Shown here in pieces: positions 51,267 through 63,654 of a DNA stretch of 64,000 nt. Under the pieces are notes generated by a model. That model did not search any database, had not been told where the DNA came from, and saw only the letters and a program-made list of their open reading frames with translations. The translations under genes and the position numbers were made by a program. Position 1 is the first letter of the stretch. Each line of letters starts with the position of its first letter. This stretch comes from Octopus bimaculoides (lineage: Eukaryota): contig NC_068982.1 of NCBI RefSeq assembly GCF_001194135.2, forward strand, positions 124,178,368 to 124,242,367, given 5' to 3'.

Positions 51267-52109
51267 GTAAGTATAGTAACTTATTAGTTTTCTTTGAATA
51301 AATCTCCAATGTTTGCTTATCAATTTGTTTCCTCTGGTCATTTTCCTAAATGGAAAATTATTGCTTTAATAAGTTAACTTCAGATATTAAACAATAAAAC
51401 ATTAGGCCTTTAGTTTGTTTTAACATTCATTGCAAAGGCCATGCTGGAACATAAGCTGAAAATAGCCCTAATAACTGATGTATTCTGGTCATGGGTTTCA
51501 TTATCAAAATATTTTGCAGTTTATAAACACATGTACTGTAAAATGGATATTTTACATTATAAACTCTGTATGTAAATTTCAATGTGTTTTGATGCCCACA
51601 CTTGTAGCATATATGGACAACTGAAAACAGTCTCCACATAAAACTTCTAAAAGTGCTTCTAAAGTCTGTTATTTAGCATGTCTGTTATTTTTATTATATT
51701 ATTATATTTATATTATATTATTATATATTACATGTTATATTATATTTATATATTATTATATTTATATAATGTCTGCTATTTAGCATGTTTACATGTCTGT
51801 TATTTTAGCAAACTTCAAATATTTTTTAAAAAATGGAAGAGGCAAAAAGAATGATTTTATCACTATTTCTCCATCAAAATTTGCTATTGACTAAATTCTA
51901 ATGACTTCCAGAGTATTCGCATTCTTGACTTTTCTGAATCTAATTTAAGCTTTATTTTCACTGCAAATCAGTACTTTACATATGAACAGATACTGTTTTT
52001 TTTTTTTTAGCAAGGCCTAGTATATGAGGTGTATCAGTATGGTTCTCATAATTGGAAAGTAAACCCATACAAAATGTTGCTGATCTATATTGCCCCATCT
52101 ACTTTGTTC

Positions 52110-52430
52110 ATTTCATAAGGTTGACAGACAGTTCTGAAACTGTTAATGAATCCTGTCAGTAATATGATTGGATGGTTTCACAAAACAGAATCTCATTTTC
52201 AATTACATCAGTTTCATACTTGTCAATCTGTAACTGTATCAATATCTGGTCCTAGAGCTCTACCTTTTCCTGTCATCTTGATGGTATGTTCCACCTCAAA
52301 TTTAAAAATTTTTGGTCTATTAAGGTTTGATGGTGAGGGCTTTTCAGGTTTTTCATCTTCAAATAAGTCTTCTGTCCATCTGGTAAGAGCTTGGCAGTCT
52401 GACTCCTGATCACAGAAGGCAAGCAACATA
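52110..52430 (-). mobile_element. RTE LINE ORF fragment upstream of the RT core
   Basis: ORF 52223-52429: RWTEDLFEDE...IFKFEVEHTIK...GRALGPD. Confidence 0.65.
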
Positions 52431-52547
52431 ATAGTTTGGAGATGAAAGCAAACTATTTTTTATGAAAAAGTGATTCAGTTTATGTCATATATATTTAGTT
52501 GAAAGATGTAATTGAAATAAATTCTTTTTTTTTTTTTTAACTTTTAG

Positions 52548-52682
52548 TTTAATAAAAACCTTGGTAAACTGCCAGATACTTCCCAACCTGTGGCTGTTCA
52601 ACTTGAGAATGCTATTGCTACTATAAAACAGAACATGAAAGAAATATCTGACACCAAAGCTCAATCTCAAGTTCTTAAAAAG
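52548..52682 (+). CDS. CEP290: CEP290 exon: FNKNLGKLPDTSQPVAVQLENAIATIKQNMKEISDTKAQSQVLKK
   Basis: cttttag / gtaaga, 135 nt; resembles human GSIPDPSLPLPNQLEIAL. Confidence 0.92.
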
Positions 52683-52989
52683 GTAAGAATGGTTTAGAAA
52701 TGAACATTCAATTCAAAATTCTTAATAAATTCACATTCTTGATTTTTATACTTTTCTTTCCTAAATATTATGAAGTAACTCGCTTTAGGAGTCTGGCTGA
52801 GGTTCTTCTCTATCATATCTCATACATGGTACCATCTTGGTTATTAAGAGAAATTGCTTCATTCAAGACATCTAAATCAGTATAATTTTAGATGTTTAAC
52901 TCACCAATTTCAGCAACTGCCATTTGATTTTTGTAACATATATGGCTAATGTTTATATAGAAATATAATGTAATTTCTAAGGGTAGGAT

Positions 52990-53545
52990 ATTATAGGAAT
53001 GGCCTCATATCATAGCTTGTCTTCAATCTTCACTAAATAGATATTCCAGTTAGTGGCAAATGTAAATAGTAATGGAAAGCATGTATTAGCTTATGTCCTC
53101 AATCTCCAGTTAAGGAGGGGTGTGTGTGTGCATAACTGTTCCTGAGACTGTTTATATGGTGTTAGGCAGAATGAGAATGTAGGTAATAAATGAGGCTTTT
53201 TTTTCATGATATTAAATGAGGTGGGATGAGGATTTAGTTATGAAGCTATTAAATACTAATTGACTAAAACTAGCTGGTCACATTTGTCAGTATTGGGGGT
53301 GGGTGTATAAATGAAATGCCACTTTTTGATTTCCCAAATGATAATGAATGAATTATTCTCTTCTAAAGGTCAATAGGGCTGAGGAACCATGTCTTCCCAT
53401 AGTGGTGGTAAGGGTTTTCAATAAGTGGTAGTGAGAGGAGGGTGAGTTCACTAAGGCAGCTAAGGTTGTGAACATGACAGTAGATTGTGCTGTCAAGTGT
53501 ATTGATGGGGGTAGAAGGTTGTGCATATCATCTGCTTGCTGTGTG
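52990..53545 (-). mobile_element. highly decayed CR1/L2-type RT fragment
   Basis: Minus strand QADDM (YADD-like) followed by degenerate thumb motifs. Confidence 0.45.
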
Positions 53546-53944
53546 TTATGTAGTTATTTATTTTAAAACAGTTTGTTGGTTAGATATACATGAGATCATC
53601 TCATGCAAAATTTAACTCAGAGATGTTTGCCATTTGAGATTATAGATATGTCTGTCTAACATGCATGTATCACTGATAGAACAGGGACTGAGAGAGAAGG
53701 TGGGATAAAATGAGAAATAATATAATGCTGAAAGAACATTCTAAAAACAGGTTTTATTAAAATTAGAATATTATTAAAATTACTAATAGAAATTAATTCT
53801 TACTTTTAAATTTATAATCTTTCATTCCAGTAAACAGTAAAAATATAACCTTTGTATTTCATTGTTCATAAACAATTTCGATGTTGATGGTGATTTATTT
53901 GTCTTTGAACTAAAAATTATTCAATTATTTTAATACTAATTTAG

Positions 53945-54169
53945 AGAGTTGAACAACTGCAAGCTGTAGCTCAGGAGGCTGAAGCAAATCTCATTGCTAA
54001 AGACAAACTAATTGCTGAGATACGGCTTCAGATGCCAGCTACTGTGGATCGTGATATTTTCCTTAAAAATCTCAGTGTATCAAAGAATAAGAAGGCAGAA
54101 TCCAATGAAGGTCATTTTGAAACCCAGCAAGCTATTAAAGTTGCCCATTGTGCTGTTTCAAGTCTTAAG
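53945..54169 (+). CDS. CEP290: CEP290 exon: RVEQLQAVAQEAEANLIAKDKLIAEIRLQMPATVDRD...QQAIKVAHCAVSSLK
   Basis: tttag / gttagc, 225 nt; resembles human SRDKVINELRLRLPATAERE...KIAHQTIANMQ. Confidence 0.92.
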
Positions 54170-54217
54170 GTTAGCAACATTGATATTTTTATTGCATTAA
54201 AAACTGAATATAGCTTA

Positions 54218-54720
54218 TCATCATCGTTTAACGTCCGCTTTCCATGCTAGCATGGGTTGGACGATTTGACTGAGGACTGGTGAACCAGAAGGCTACACCA
54301 AGCTCCAATCTGATTTGGCAGAGTTTCTACAGCTGGATGCCCTTTCTAATGCCAACCACTCCGAGAGTGTAGTGGGTGTTTTATGTGCCACCGGCATGAG
54401 GGCCAGTCAGGCGGTACTGGCGACGGCCACGCTCGAAATGGTATATTTTACGTGCCACCTGCACAGGAGCCAGTCCAGCGGCACTGGCAATGATCTTGCT
54501 CAAATGTCTTTTCACGTGCCACTGGCACAAGTGCCAGGAAGGCGATGAACGATCTTGCTCGAATGTCTTTTCACATGCCAGGAAGGCGACGAACGATCTT
54601 GCTCGAATGTCTTTTCACATGCCAGGAAGGCGACGTTGGTAACAATCATGCTGGTGCTATTTACGTGCCACACTGGTACAGGTGCCATCTCGATTTCGCT
54701 TTCGTTTGCCCCAACAGGTC
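54218..54720 (-). mobile_element. RTE 3'-end-derived repeat (family C); other copies near 365-740, 29355-29602, 45232-45650, 26425-26660, 31480-31680
   Basis: Matches the 3' UTR and (GAT)n tail of the LINE at 39950-40290. Confidence 0.88.
54547..54634. repeat. perfect 44-bp tandem duplication inside a family C copy
   Basis: gaacgatcttgctcgaatgtcttttcacatgccaggaaggcgac x2. Confidence 0.95.
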
Positions 54721-54906
54721 TTCGCAAGCCAAGTTTAGTGTTTCTACAAATTTAGTTCAATTCCGATTTCACTTGCCTCAAAAATATTGACAACAGACAT
54801 TTACAGTTGTTATAAAAATATTCTTTGTAAGTATCATCTAATGACAGAATTTAACTAATTGATAATGGAAATAATTCCATATTTTTAATCTGGTTTCTAT
54901 TTTTAG

Positions 54907-55125
54907 GCAAGGATCCAGCTGAAAGAAGAATCTATAAAGAATCTTCAAGAGCTTTTGAAAACTGCCCATGAGGATATGGAAAAAATGACCCAAAAACATT
55001 TTGAAGAATTGCAGTCTATGCAGTTAAAAATGCAAGAGAATGCTGACAGATCTTATATTAAGTTTAAAGAAGCAGCTACAGAACTGGTTAATAAATCTAG
55101 CAAAGATGAAGCTTTTAAAAAGCAG
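54907..55125 (+). CDS. CEP290: CEP290 exon: ARIQLKEESIKNLQELLKTAHEDMEKMTQKHFEELQSMQ...DEAFKKQ
   Basis: ttttag / gtaaat, 219 nt; resembles human ARLNQKEEVLKKYQRLLEKAREE. Confidence 0.92.
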
Positions 55126-55679
55126 GTAAATATTTTGTAAATAAGATGTTTTAAAGGAGATTCATATATAAGTCCTGCCAACAGCAAGTATATGTATCAT
55201 GCCATTACTGATATCCACATTTTGCCTGTTATCAGCTAATTAATATGGTCTTCTTTCTAGTCAAATAACTTAATGAATTAGCTTCATATATTATTACTGT
55301 ATATAAAGAGTACAGTAAAAATTGTGAAGTTTTCTTAGAGAATTTGTGCACTGCTGTAAAATTTGTAAAGGAGTAAGTCATATCAAAATTGGTTATTAAT
55401 AAAGCAGACAGGTGTAAGTACAGTTTTGCTTTTGCTCTAATATAGACATTTTCAATCAAAGCTTCCCACAACTATTCAAAATTACCATACAAAAACAATG
55501 CACTGAATGTGTGCATTTATACTTTCTTTTGCTTATGGTTGTCCATTGAATTTAATGTAAACCATATTCTCCTTCAGTTGAGGATGCTTTGATAACAGAA
55601 CATCCTAAATCCTCTGTGTACAGCTTTGCTTGTAGAAGGGACATATGAATGTTTGGTTGGAATGTCTTAGTATTAATCT

Positions 55680-55935
55680 ACATGCATGCCTCTTTTCTCA
55701 CTTCTGGTAGAGTTTAAGTGCGTTTCTCATTCAGGTTTTCATCCACCTCACTCAGTAGTGAGAATTCTGTAGAGGTGTCTTCAGTTGGTCTTTGAGCTAC
55801 TTCTTTGGTCTTCCAGCCAGGCACTGACCATTGTGTAGAGGATCCTTTTGGAGAGATGTGAGTCAGACATACACATTACATGTCTGAGCCAATTCAGTTG
55901 AAACTTCTCAAGTATGGTTTTGATGTTGCTGGTGT
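55680..55935 (-). mobile_element. degenerate RTE LINE 3' fragment
   Basis: Minus strand LAGRPKK.LKDQLK...EKR. Confidence 0.5.
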
Positions 55936-56513
55936 TGTTACACTCAACCTAGACACATACTCAATAGCTTAAACCAATGATTATATAGACAAGTGATGCA
56001 CGTAATCTACTCTAAAATTCAATTCATACATTATGTATCAAATTGCACCAAAGGAATATTTAGGAGACTAAACTATTCTGCTTCAATTGTTTCTCTCTGT
56101 GTTTAGATTTCACACACTAATAAGCCATGTGTAGTGACAATTACCTTACATTGATCGTATCTATCTTGTGTACTTTGTTCTAACAACTGGTAAGTCTTTG
56201 AAATGTATAAAAATATATTCCATGATAAATTGGATATAATATGCTTTGGCTCTATAAGGAACAGTATGGTTTCAACTCTTGGTGGAAATTATGTGTAATG
56301 TATTAGTGACTTCCAAACATAAATCTATAAATCTATTGGACTTTCTGATACAGAATTAATTTATAAATTCTGTAGTGAGTGTATTATGTAATATTAATAT
56401 AGTTTTGATTATCAAACCAAAAATTATAACTAAAACAGTATTATATCTGACATTGAATTGTAAATTATATTTTAGTGAAATTAATTATTGGTTTCTCTTT
56501 TCCTTCACTTCAG

Positions 56514-56668
56514 ATGATACATATGTCTGCCCTTGAAGATTTAATTGCTGAGCGAGATGGAGCTATGTCTGGTCTAGTAATTCAGATTAAAACTAAAAAT
56601 GAAGAAATCTTGGCTCTACGTGTTAAACTACAACAGATAATTGGAGAGAAAGACCAAGCTAAGGAAGA
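56514..56668 (+). CDS. CEP290: CEP290 exon: MIHMSALEDLIAERDGAMSGLVIQIKTKNEEILALRVKLQQIIGEKDQAKE(E)
   Basis: cacttcag acceptor; donor gtgcgt gives phase 2, required by the next exon. Confidence 0.85.
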
Positions 56669-57096
56669 GTGCGTGTAACTGGTTAAATTTTTTGTAAATT
56701 TCTTGTATATTATTTAATGAAGCTTAAAATAATTTTGAAGTTGTATTTGCTTGGCAAGGGACTTGATCTGAGATTATGTGTTGAAACTGAAGCAACTACA
56801 TAATGTAAGAGACCTGTTAGCTGTTTCAAAACACATATCATCATCATCAGCATCATCATATATTCATGTTCCATGGGCTAATGTTCATGGCATGGGTTGA
56901 TTTGTTTGACAGGATTTGATGCATTCTTTGAACTGCTTCATGCTCCAGTGCCTGTTTTGGCATGGTTTCTACAGCTTGGTACCCTTCCTAATACCAACCA
57001 CTTTACAGCATGTACTAGGTGTTTTTCACATTCCATTGCACAAACCATTATATTTATTTCTGTTTTATTTCTTGATAATATTGTTTCTTAAAAAAA

Positions 57097-57411
57097 GGCG
57101 GCGAGCTGGCAGAAACATTAGCACGCCGGGCGAAATGCTTAGTAGTATTTTGTCTGCTGTTATGTTCTGAGTTCAAATTCCGCTGAGGTCGACTTTGCCT
57201 TTCATCCTTTCGGGGTCGATAAATTAAGTACCAGTTACGCACTGGGGTTAATTGACTTAATCCCTTTGTCTGTCCTTGTTTGTCCCCTCTATGTTTAGCC
57301 CCTTGTGGGCAATAAAGAAATAAGAAACATTAGCACGCCGGGCGAAATGCTTAGCAGTATTTCATCTGTCTTTACATTCTGAGTTCAAATTCCGCTAAGG
57401 TTGACTTTGCC
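57097..57411 (+). mobile_element. SINE family A full copy plus tandem partial copy; further copies near 45716-45910, 58295-58517, 47005-47230, 63005-63495
   Basis: Family A head and core motifs. Confidence 0.85.
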
Positions 57412-57876
57412 TGTAACTTAGCAGTTCGGCAAAAGAAACCGATAGAATAAGTACTAGGCTTACAAAAAATAAGTCCTGGGGTTGATTTGCTCGACTAAAG
57501 GTAGTGCTCCAGCATGGCTACAGTCAAATGACTGAAACAAGTAAGAGTAAAAGAGATATATATACACACACAGACACACACACATCTACCAAATCTGCTC
57601 ACAAGGGTTTGGTTAGCCCAGGGCTATAATAGAGAACACTTGCTCAAGGTGCCATGCAGTGTGGGACTGAACCTAAAACCATGTGGTTTTGAAGCAAACT
57701 TCTTCACCACACAGCTACATCTGCACCAATTTTACTAGATTTATATTTTTGCTGCATTTTAAGGTAGGAATATGTTATACTTTAATTGATTAGGTTAGTG
57801 CCACACTGGTTTACACTTCATTTGAATAAACAATTGCTGAATTTTATTGAAAATGATTAACTTTAATGTGTTGTAG

Positions 57877-58090
57877 GTTGTTAAGAAAACATGATGCAGA
57901 ATTATCAGAGAAGAGTAAAGAACAAAATATGTTATCCCAACAAGTTAGAGAGCAAGAGAAAGAAATTCAGATATTGAAAGAAGAAATTTCCTGTGTAAAA
58001 GAAGCCAACAGCCGAGCATCTAATGCCAGTGTGGCGAAACTGACTGAACAATTAAGGAATCAGTTATTGCAGAAAGAAAATCAAATTCAG
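57877..58090 (+). CDS. CEP290: CEP290 exon: LLRKHDAELSEKSKEQ...KEANSRASNASVAKLTEQLRNQLLQKENQIQ
   Basis: ttgtag / gttaga, phase 2 to 0; resembles human QKEANSRAPTTTMRNLVERLKSQLALKEKQ. Confidence 0.92.
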
Positions 58091-58759
58091 GTTAGAATTT
58101 TTATTTATCAAATTTAAAAAAAAAAAAAAAATGGAAGATGAGTTAAAGATTCATTGTTTGAAGAATTGAAGACTATTGTTAAGAAAAAAAGCTTTGAATA
58201 TAATCCACTGTTTATGTAGATAACATTCTACCTCTTTTGATAGTTTCTTTTCATTTTTTAAACAAAATTTGTTTGATAATGTGTTGTTTTGTTAAGGCAT
58301 CGAGCTGGCAGAAACGTTAACACGCTGGGTGAAATGCTTAGCGGTATTTCGTCTGTCTTTATGTTCTGAGTTCAAATTCTGCGGAGGTCGACTTTGCCTT
58401 TCATCCTTTCAGGGTCAATAAATTAAGTACCAGTTGCACACTGGGGTTGATCTGATTGACTGGCCCATCCCCCACTCCCCCAAAATTTCGGGCCTTGTGC
58501 CTAGAATAGAAAAGAATATGTGGCTTTGTGTATAGTCTTGATTAATATTGTTTTTCTGCTCACTCAACAGTAAACTTTCCCTCAATTATAACTAAATTTA
58601 AAACTGATCATTAGTCCTTTGAGTCAAGTTATATATGTTAGATAATTGTTAGAGTTATTAGAACATTGGATAGAATGCCTTACTGTATTTGTTCTGACTC
58701 ACTGTACTTGGGGTTTCTTTCTTTTGGAGTCAGTGAAAATGTACTAATGCAAGACGATT

Positions 58760-59010
58760 GGCAGTAGTGTTGGAATGTCAGACGAGATGCTTTGTGGTAG
58801 CTGTTCTGGTTCTTTGTATCCTGACAGTAACACTTTCAGTGACAGTGTTGCTGAGCTATATTGGCTGTAAAGCAGTGATCTGTTCCTTGGACAACATTGT
58901 GGCCTGAAGAGAGGAGTCTTGCATGCTTGGGAAACTGCCAGACTTATAGAATCCTTGACCATGCTTGCATGTACATGTGCAGATACATGATCAGTATTGA
59001 CCAATAGAGG
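58760..59010 (-). mobile_element. decayed CR1-like RT N-terminal fragment
   Basis: GSFPS / TLSLKVL..SD pattern spread over shifting frames. Confidence 0.4.
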
Positions 59011-59229
59011 CTCTAGTAGAATAAAAATATCCAAGTAGCTGAGATAAATTATTAATAAGTATATAATTTATGCTGTTAACCCCATCTTAAGAAATGAAGG
59101 GATCTTTGTGTGTACATGTAAATATTGAAAAGGTCACCATTTTTAAAGATGAAGTTATTATAGTCTGAGAAATTATAATTTCAGTTTTTTTATGTTTTCT
59201 TATCTGAGTAAAATTTTTCCTTTTGTTAG

Positions 59230-59367
59230 GCCTTGAACAAAGCATTGTCTAAAATTCGCACTGATTTGCTGGAACAAACAGAACTAACTACACAAATACA
59301 ACAAGCAGGGAAGCAACAAGAGGCACAAATAAAAAAGAAAATTGATAAGCAAACAGAAAATTTGTCT
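59230..59367 (+). CDS. CEP290: CEP290 exon: ALNKALSKIRTDLLEQTELTTQIQQAGKQQEAQIKKEIDKQTENLS
   Basis: ttgttag / gtaagt, 138 nt; resembles human ALSRALLELRAEM. Confidence 0.9.
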
Positions 59368-59565
59368 GTAAGTATCATATTTTAATTTATGGTTCCATGG
59401 GTCTGACTAAGTTTAATGAGGCAGATTTTCTAAAACTACATGTCCTTCCTGTTGCCAACCCTCACGTGTGTTTTAGCAGATTATTTGAAATGAATGACAC
59501 TGCTTGTATGACAGTGACAATTGTTTACAACTATTATGTGATGTCAAGCAAGGAAACAAATATAC

Positions 59566-59602
<37 letters not shown>

Positions 59603-59940
59603 ATGTGCTTCTTTCAATTTCCATCTACCAGATCTACTCACAAGGCTTTGGTTGGCCTGTGTCTATAGTAGACACTTCCCTCAGGTGTCATGCTGTGGGA
59701 CTGAACCTGACACTTCCTGGTTGGGAAGCAAACGTCTTAATCATACAGTCATGTCAATGCCTCATCTAATTCAATTATTAAAAATGTGAGATATTAATGT
59801 GAAGACATGGTCATTAGTTTGTTTCATCCATCACAATCAAAGACAAGAAATGGAAACAAAATTGAAGGAAGAAGGAAAATACAAATACTAACACTAATAA
59901 AAATGTTAATAATAAAAATAATTACTTAAAAATATTTCAG

Positions 59941-60055
59941 AGTGAAATTGAAGAAATTCGAAGCCAAAATGAAAAACTGAAAACAGACTTGAAGAAAAAG
60001 CATGAGCGAGAAACTAATTTACAGTCTGAATTGGGACAATTGCAGGAGAAACTTG
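59941..60055 (+). CDS. CEP290: CEP290 exon: SEIEEIRSQNEKLKTDLKKKHERETNLQSELGQLQEKL
   Basis: atttcag / gtaagg, phase 0 to 1. Confidence 0.88.
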
Positions 60056-60758
60056 GTAAGGTTTAATTTAATAAATTTTTAGAAAAATATTAGCTTTAGC
60101 TCTGTGTTGTTGATGCTGTTGTCTTGCATCTGGCCAGCTCTAAAAGAGTAGAGCTATGATCAAAAAACATTTGAACCGTAGTCATTCTGTTTTTTATGAG
60201 AGCTATCTAAGGACTATAATATCTAGTGTGTTCCTCAGGACAGTGAGATGTGATTTAAGGGAGATTTGGCTGTTGTTTCTAGCAAATTGAGTGACCACTT
60301 ACAGGTTCCCTCCTTGATACATCTTGTTCTAAATAGGCATTGGAAGTTGTGATATTGAGGAATAGATAAATATTTTGTTGACTTGCTGTAGAGAGTTGAA
60401 TTCTTTCAAGAAAGTCTCTCTCTTCACCAAACATACCTACTGTAGCTATTGTCATCAAGTTAATGCTTCTGAAAACTGATATAAGCATTGGTTCTATGAA
60501 TCTCTAATTTATGCACAAATATTAATTTATAGATTTGCCAACTTTATTGTTAGAAAATCTCTTTATCTGTATGTGCATAGTGTGTGTGTGTGTGTGTTTG
60601 TTTGTGTGTGTGTAAACTGACAACAGAAGTGTCCTTTTTTTTTTAAGCCTGTTTATAGAATATTATAATTATTAATGTAATTACTGTACTGCAGATTATT
60701 ATATGATTGAAGTGATTACTGTACTGCAGATCATTATAACCATTACTGTACTACAGAA

Positions 60759-60990
60759 CAGTCATCAAACTATTTTTGTACCATGGACTGGTTTTATGCA
60801 AGACAATTTTCCCACAGATCATGGATTCACATATGTAACAAAACACAATAAAATGCATAATATATAATTTAATTATTACATTTATAACACATATAATGTA
60901 AAAACGCCCTGCTAATTGTGATGGTCAATAAAATAGAAGTAAAATTTAAAATCAGATGCTGATCCATGTCCTGGTGATTGGGGACCCCTG
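60759..60990. mobile_element. hAT/Charlie-type MITE
   Basis: Right end ttggggacccctg (reverse complement CAGGGGTCCCCAA); decayed left end ..tttttgtaccatggactggtttt..gacaattttccc. Confidence 0.6.
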
Positions 60991-61025
60991 TTGTGGAGTA
61001 CTTATAAGAATTACTATGCTGTAGA

Positions 61026-61262
61026 TAAGTGGTTCTCAACCATTTTTAACCTATGGACCCCTTCAATCCTTATTTTATTTGGGTGGACTCTCACAGCCAT
61101 TCGATGCTTAAAAAAAATCTCATTATATTTTTAGAATTAAGTAGTATTAGGAATTGCATAAAAAAAACTAAATATATTTGGCATATTGAAGAAGTATAAG
61201 CAATTTGGAGCCCCCTATGGTCATATGGACTCCAACTGGGGTCCATATGAAAAGTTGGTTGT
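61026..61262. mobile_element. hAT-type MITE, right end cut by SINE D
   Basis: Left end aagtggttctcaacc; internal ggacccc / ggggtcc. Confidence 0.55.
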
Positions 61263-61267
61263 TGTGT

Positions 61268-61566
61268 GGAGGCACATGGCCTAGTGGTTAGAGCAGCGGA
61301 CACGCAGTCGAGGGATCACAGGTTCGAATCTCAGACCAGGTGATGTGTGTGTTTATGAGCGAAACACCTAAGCTCCATGCAGCAGAAGGTAACGATGAAC
61401 TTCTGCTGACTCTTTTGCCACAACTTCTCTCACTCTTTCCTCCTGCATCTAGCAGCTTACCTGTGACGGATCGGCATCCTGTCCAGGTGGGGAACCTATA
61501 CGCCAACGAAACCAGGAAACCAGCTCTTATAAGCCAGGCATGTTATGAGAAGGAACAAACAACAAC
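61268..61566 (+). mobile_element. tRNA-derived SINE (family D)
   Basis: Box A tggcctagtggttagagc and box B ggttcgaatc, followed by a non-tRNA body and an AAC-rich tail. Confidence 0.85.
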
Positions 61567-62086
61567 ACTAGTTGTTGTTCTGTAGACTCTTATAACCATT
61601 ACTAACTGTTGACTATTATATCTATTACTATATTATAAGCTGTTGTAACCATTATTGTTTTATAGACTATTCTAACTATTAATGTACTGTAGATATAGTA
61701 ATTACTGTACTGTAGAATATTATAACCATTACTATACAGTAGATATTATTATAATTACTGTATCGTCATCATCATCATCATTTAATGTCCGTCTTCCATG
61801 TTGGCATGGGTTGGGCAGTTTGACAGGACCCAATGTACCAGAGGACTTCATTGAGCCCTAAAGTCAGTTTTGGCATGCTTTCCACAGCTTGATTCCCTTC
61901 CTAATGCCTACTGCAGACTATTTATTACTATTATTACTGCACTCAAAGACATTATAGACATTACCATGCTATTGGCATTATAGTAAAACCAGATGACACC
62001 ATGCCGTCAAAAATGACAGCTAATTGTAGTATTTTATATATAAAAAGGGTACAGAAAGGTGAAAAAAAAAAATCAAACAGTGCTTC

Positions 62087-62126
<40 letters not shown>

Positions 62127-62334
62127 ATATATATACATTTATATGTATGAGTAACACAGTCTGTAGCGAATGCATTTTCTATACTTTGTCACAGCCTGCT
62201 TCCTTCCTTTTTAATTGTGTCTNNNNNNNNNNNNNNNNNNNNNNNNNNNNNNNNNNNNNNNNNNNNNNNNNNNNNNNNNNNNNNNNNNNNNNNNNNNNNN
62301 NNNNNNNNNNNNNNNNNNNNNNNNNNNNNNNNNN

Positions 62335-62373
<39 letters not shown>

Positions 62374-63093
62374 GCATGTGTGTCTGTATTTCTATTTTCT
62401 ATGTATCTTTCTAAATAAACATACACAAACACATATACACTCACTCAAATACATAAGTATATTTTACATAAATACACACATACATACACAAACATTCACA
62501 TTCCTCTCTTTTACATGCACACACACACACACATATTCACACAGAGTTGAAACACTGTTTGATTTTTGTTTCACCATCCCACTTCCATCAGTGGATCACC
62601 CCTTCCTTTCTCATTCATATGTTGTGACGGAGAAATACACAAGAGTATTATTATAGTAGATTATCATAGTAGAAGATACACAGACACTGTTTGCCACTTC
62701 CTCTCTCTCATTGCTATTACTTTCTCTCACTCCCACTGAGTCATGGCTATTACTCTCACTACTTCCCCTTCACTAAATTACTATTTTCTCTCCTCTCCCT
62801 TCACCATTCACTCCTGCATGATTTTGGACAAATATATATTTATGTACAAATATATAAAAACACTATGCTCATTATTATATTAGGAGATAATTATTGTACG
62901 TAGGCAGCTATCACATCCTAGATGTTCTTTTGAGTCAAAGGCAGAAGTCTGTGTTTGCTTGTGATTACATGGTACCCCTAGAACAATAATTGAAAGCATG
63001 GTAGATATTGGTTTCAAATTTTGGCACAAGGCCAGCAATTGCAGGGGAGAATGCAAGTCAGTTATATTGATCTCAAATGGTACTTATTTTATT

Positions 63094-63371
63094 AATAGTT
63101 ATCGCCAAGCTAACATGGCAGTCCCAAAAAATAGGACGAATGCTGCCGTTGATTAGCTCCAAGAGGCCACCGCCTCTAGCTAGTTATGTGACACACGAAC
63201 CTGTATCCATTATAACCTTCGAACAGGGGAGGTCAGCCGCTTCCCCTCGCTGGTCTGGCATCTACAGACTAGTTTCAGGGTGTTGCCCCTTATCAATGCA
63301 GAGCAGCCAAACCCAGCAGACTGTCTGTACGAAGGATTATTTATCTAATTTCAGTGGAATACATCCACTGG
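63094..63371 (-). mobile_element. Penelope pLTR-like / retrozyme-like 278-bp insert carrying the hammerhead
   Basis: Flanked by TTTATT duplication (63088-63093, 63372-63377); removing it restores the host SINE core; CpG-retaining and hairpin-rich. Confidence 0.65.
63262..63301 (-). ncRNA. minimal type-I hammerhead ribozyme, U3:A8 core variant
   Basis: Minus strand CTGCA-TTGATAA-GGGG-CAACA-CCCT-GAAAC-TA-GTC-TGTAG: stem I, core, stem II, GAAA, palindromic ACTAGT stem III and GUC cleavage triplet; stem I extends further via tggc/gcca and beyond. Confidence 0.8.
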
Positions 63372-63654
63372 TTTATTGACTCCAAAAGGATGAAAGGCAA
63401 AGTTGACCCCAGTGGTATTTGAACTCAGAATGTAAAGTTAGAAGAAATGTTGCTAGGCATTTTTTCCAGTGCACTAACAATTCTGTCAGCTTGCCACACT
63501 AAGCATGGTATATATTATTAAGTGAAGCTTGATTGTGAAAGATAGCCACAGACTATTATAACCATTACTGTACTGTAGACTGCTAGTTATCATTATTGTA
63601 CTATAGACTGCTTTATCTCTGGTAGTAATTATTTTAAACTGTTGTCATTCACAG

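Noticed and set aside
60279-60488. 69-aa minus-strand ORF as a gene
   Set aside because: No recognisable motif or splice context; probably a TE relic that I cannot classify.
61268-61340. tRNA gene
   Set aside because: Box A and box B are present, but there is no acceptor stem closure and the sequence continues into a SINE body and tail.
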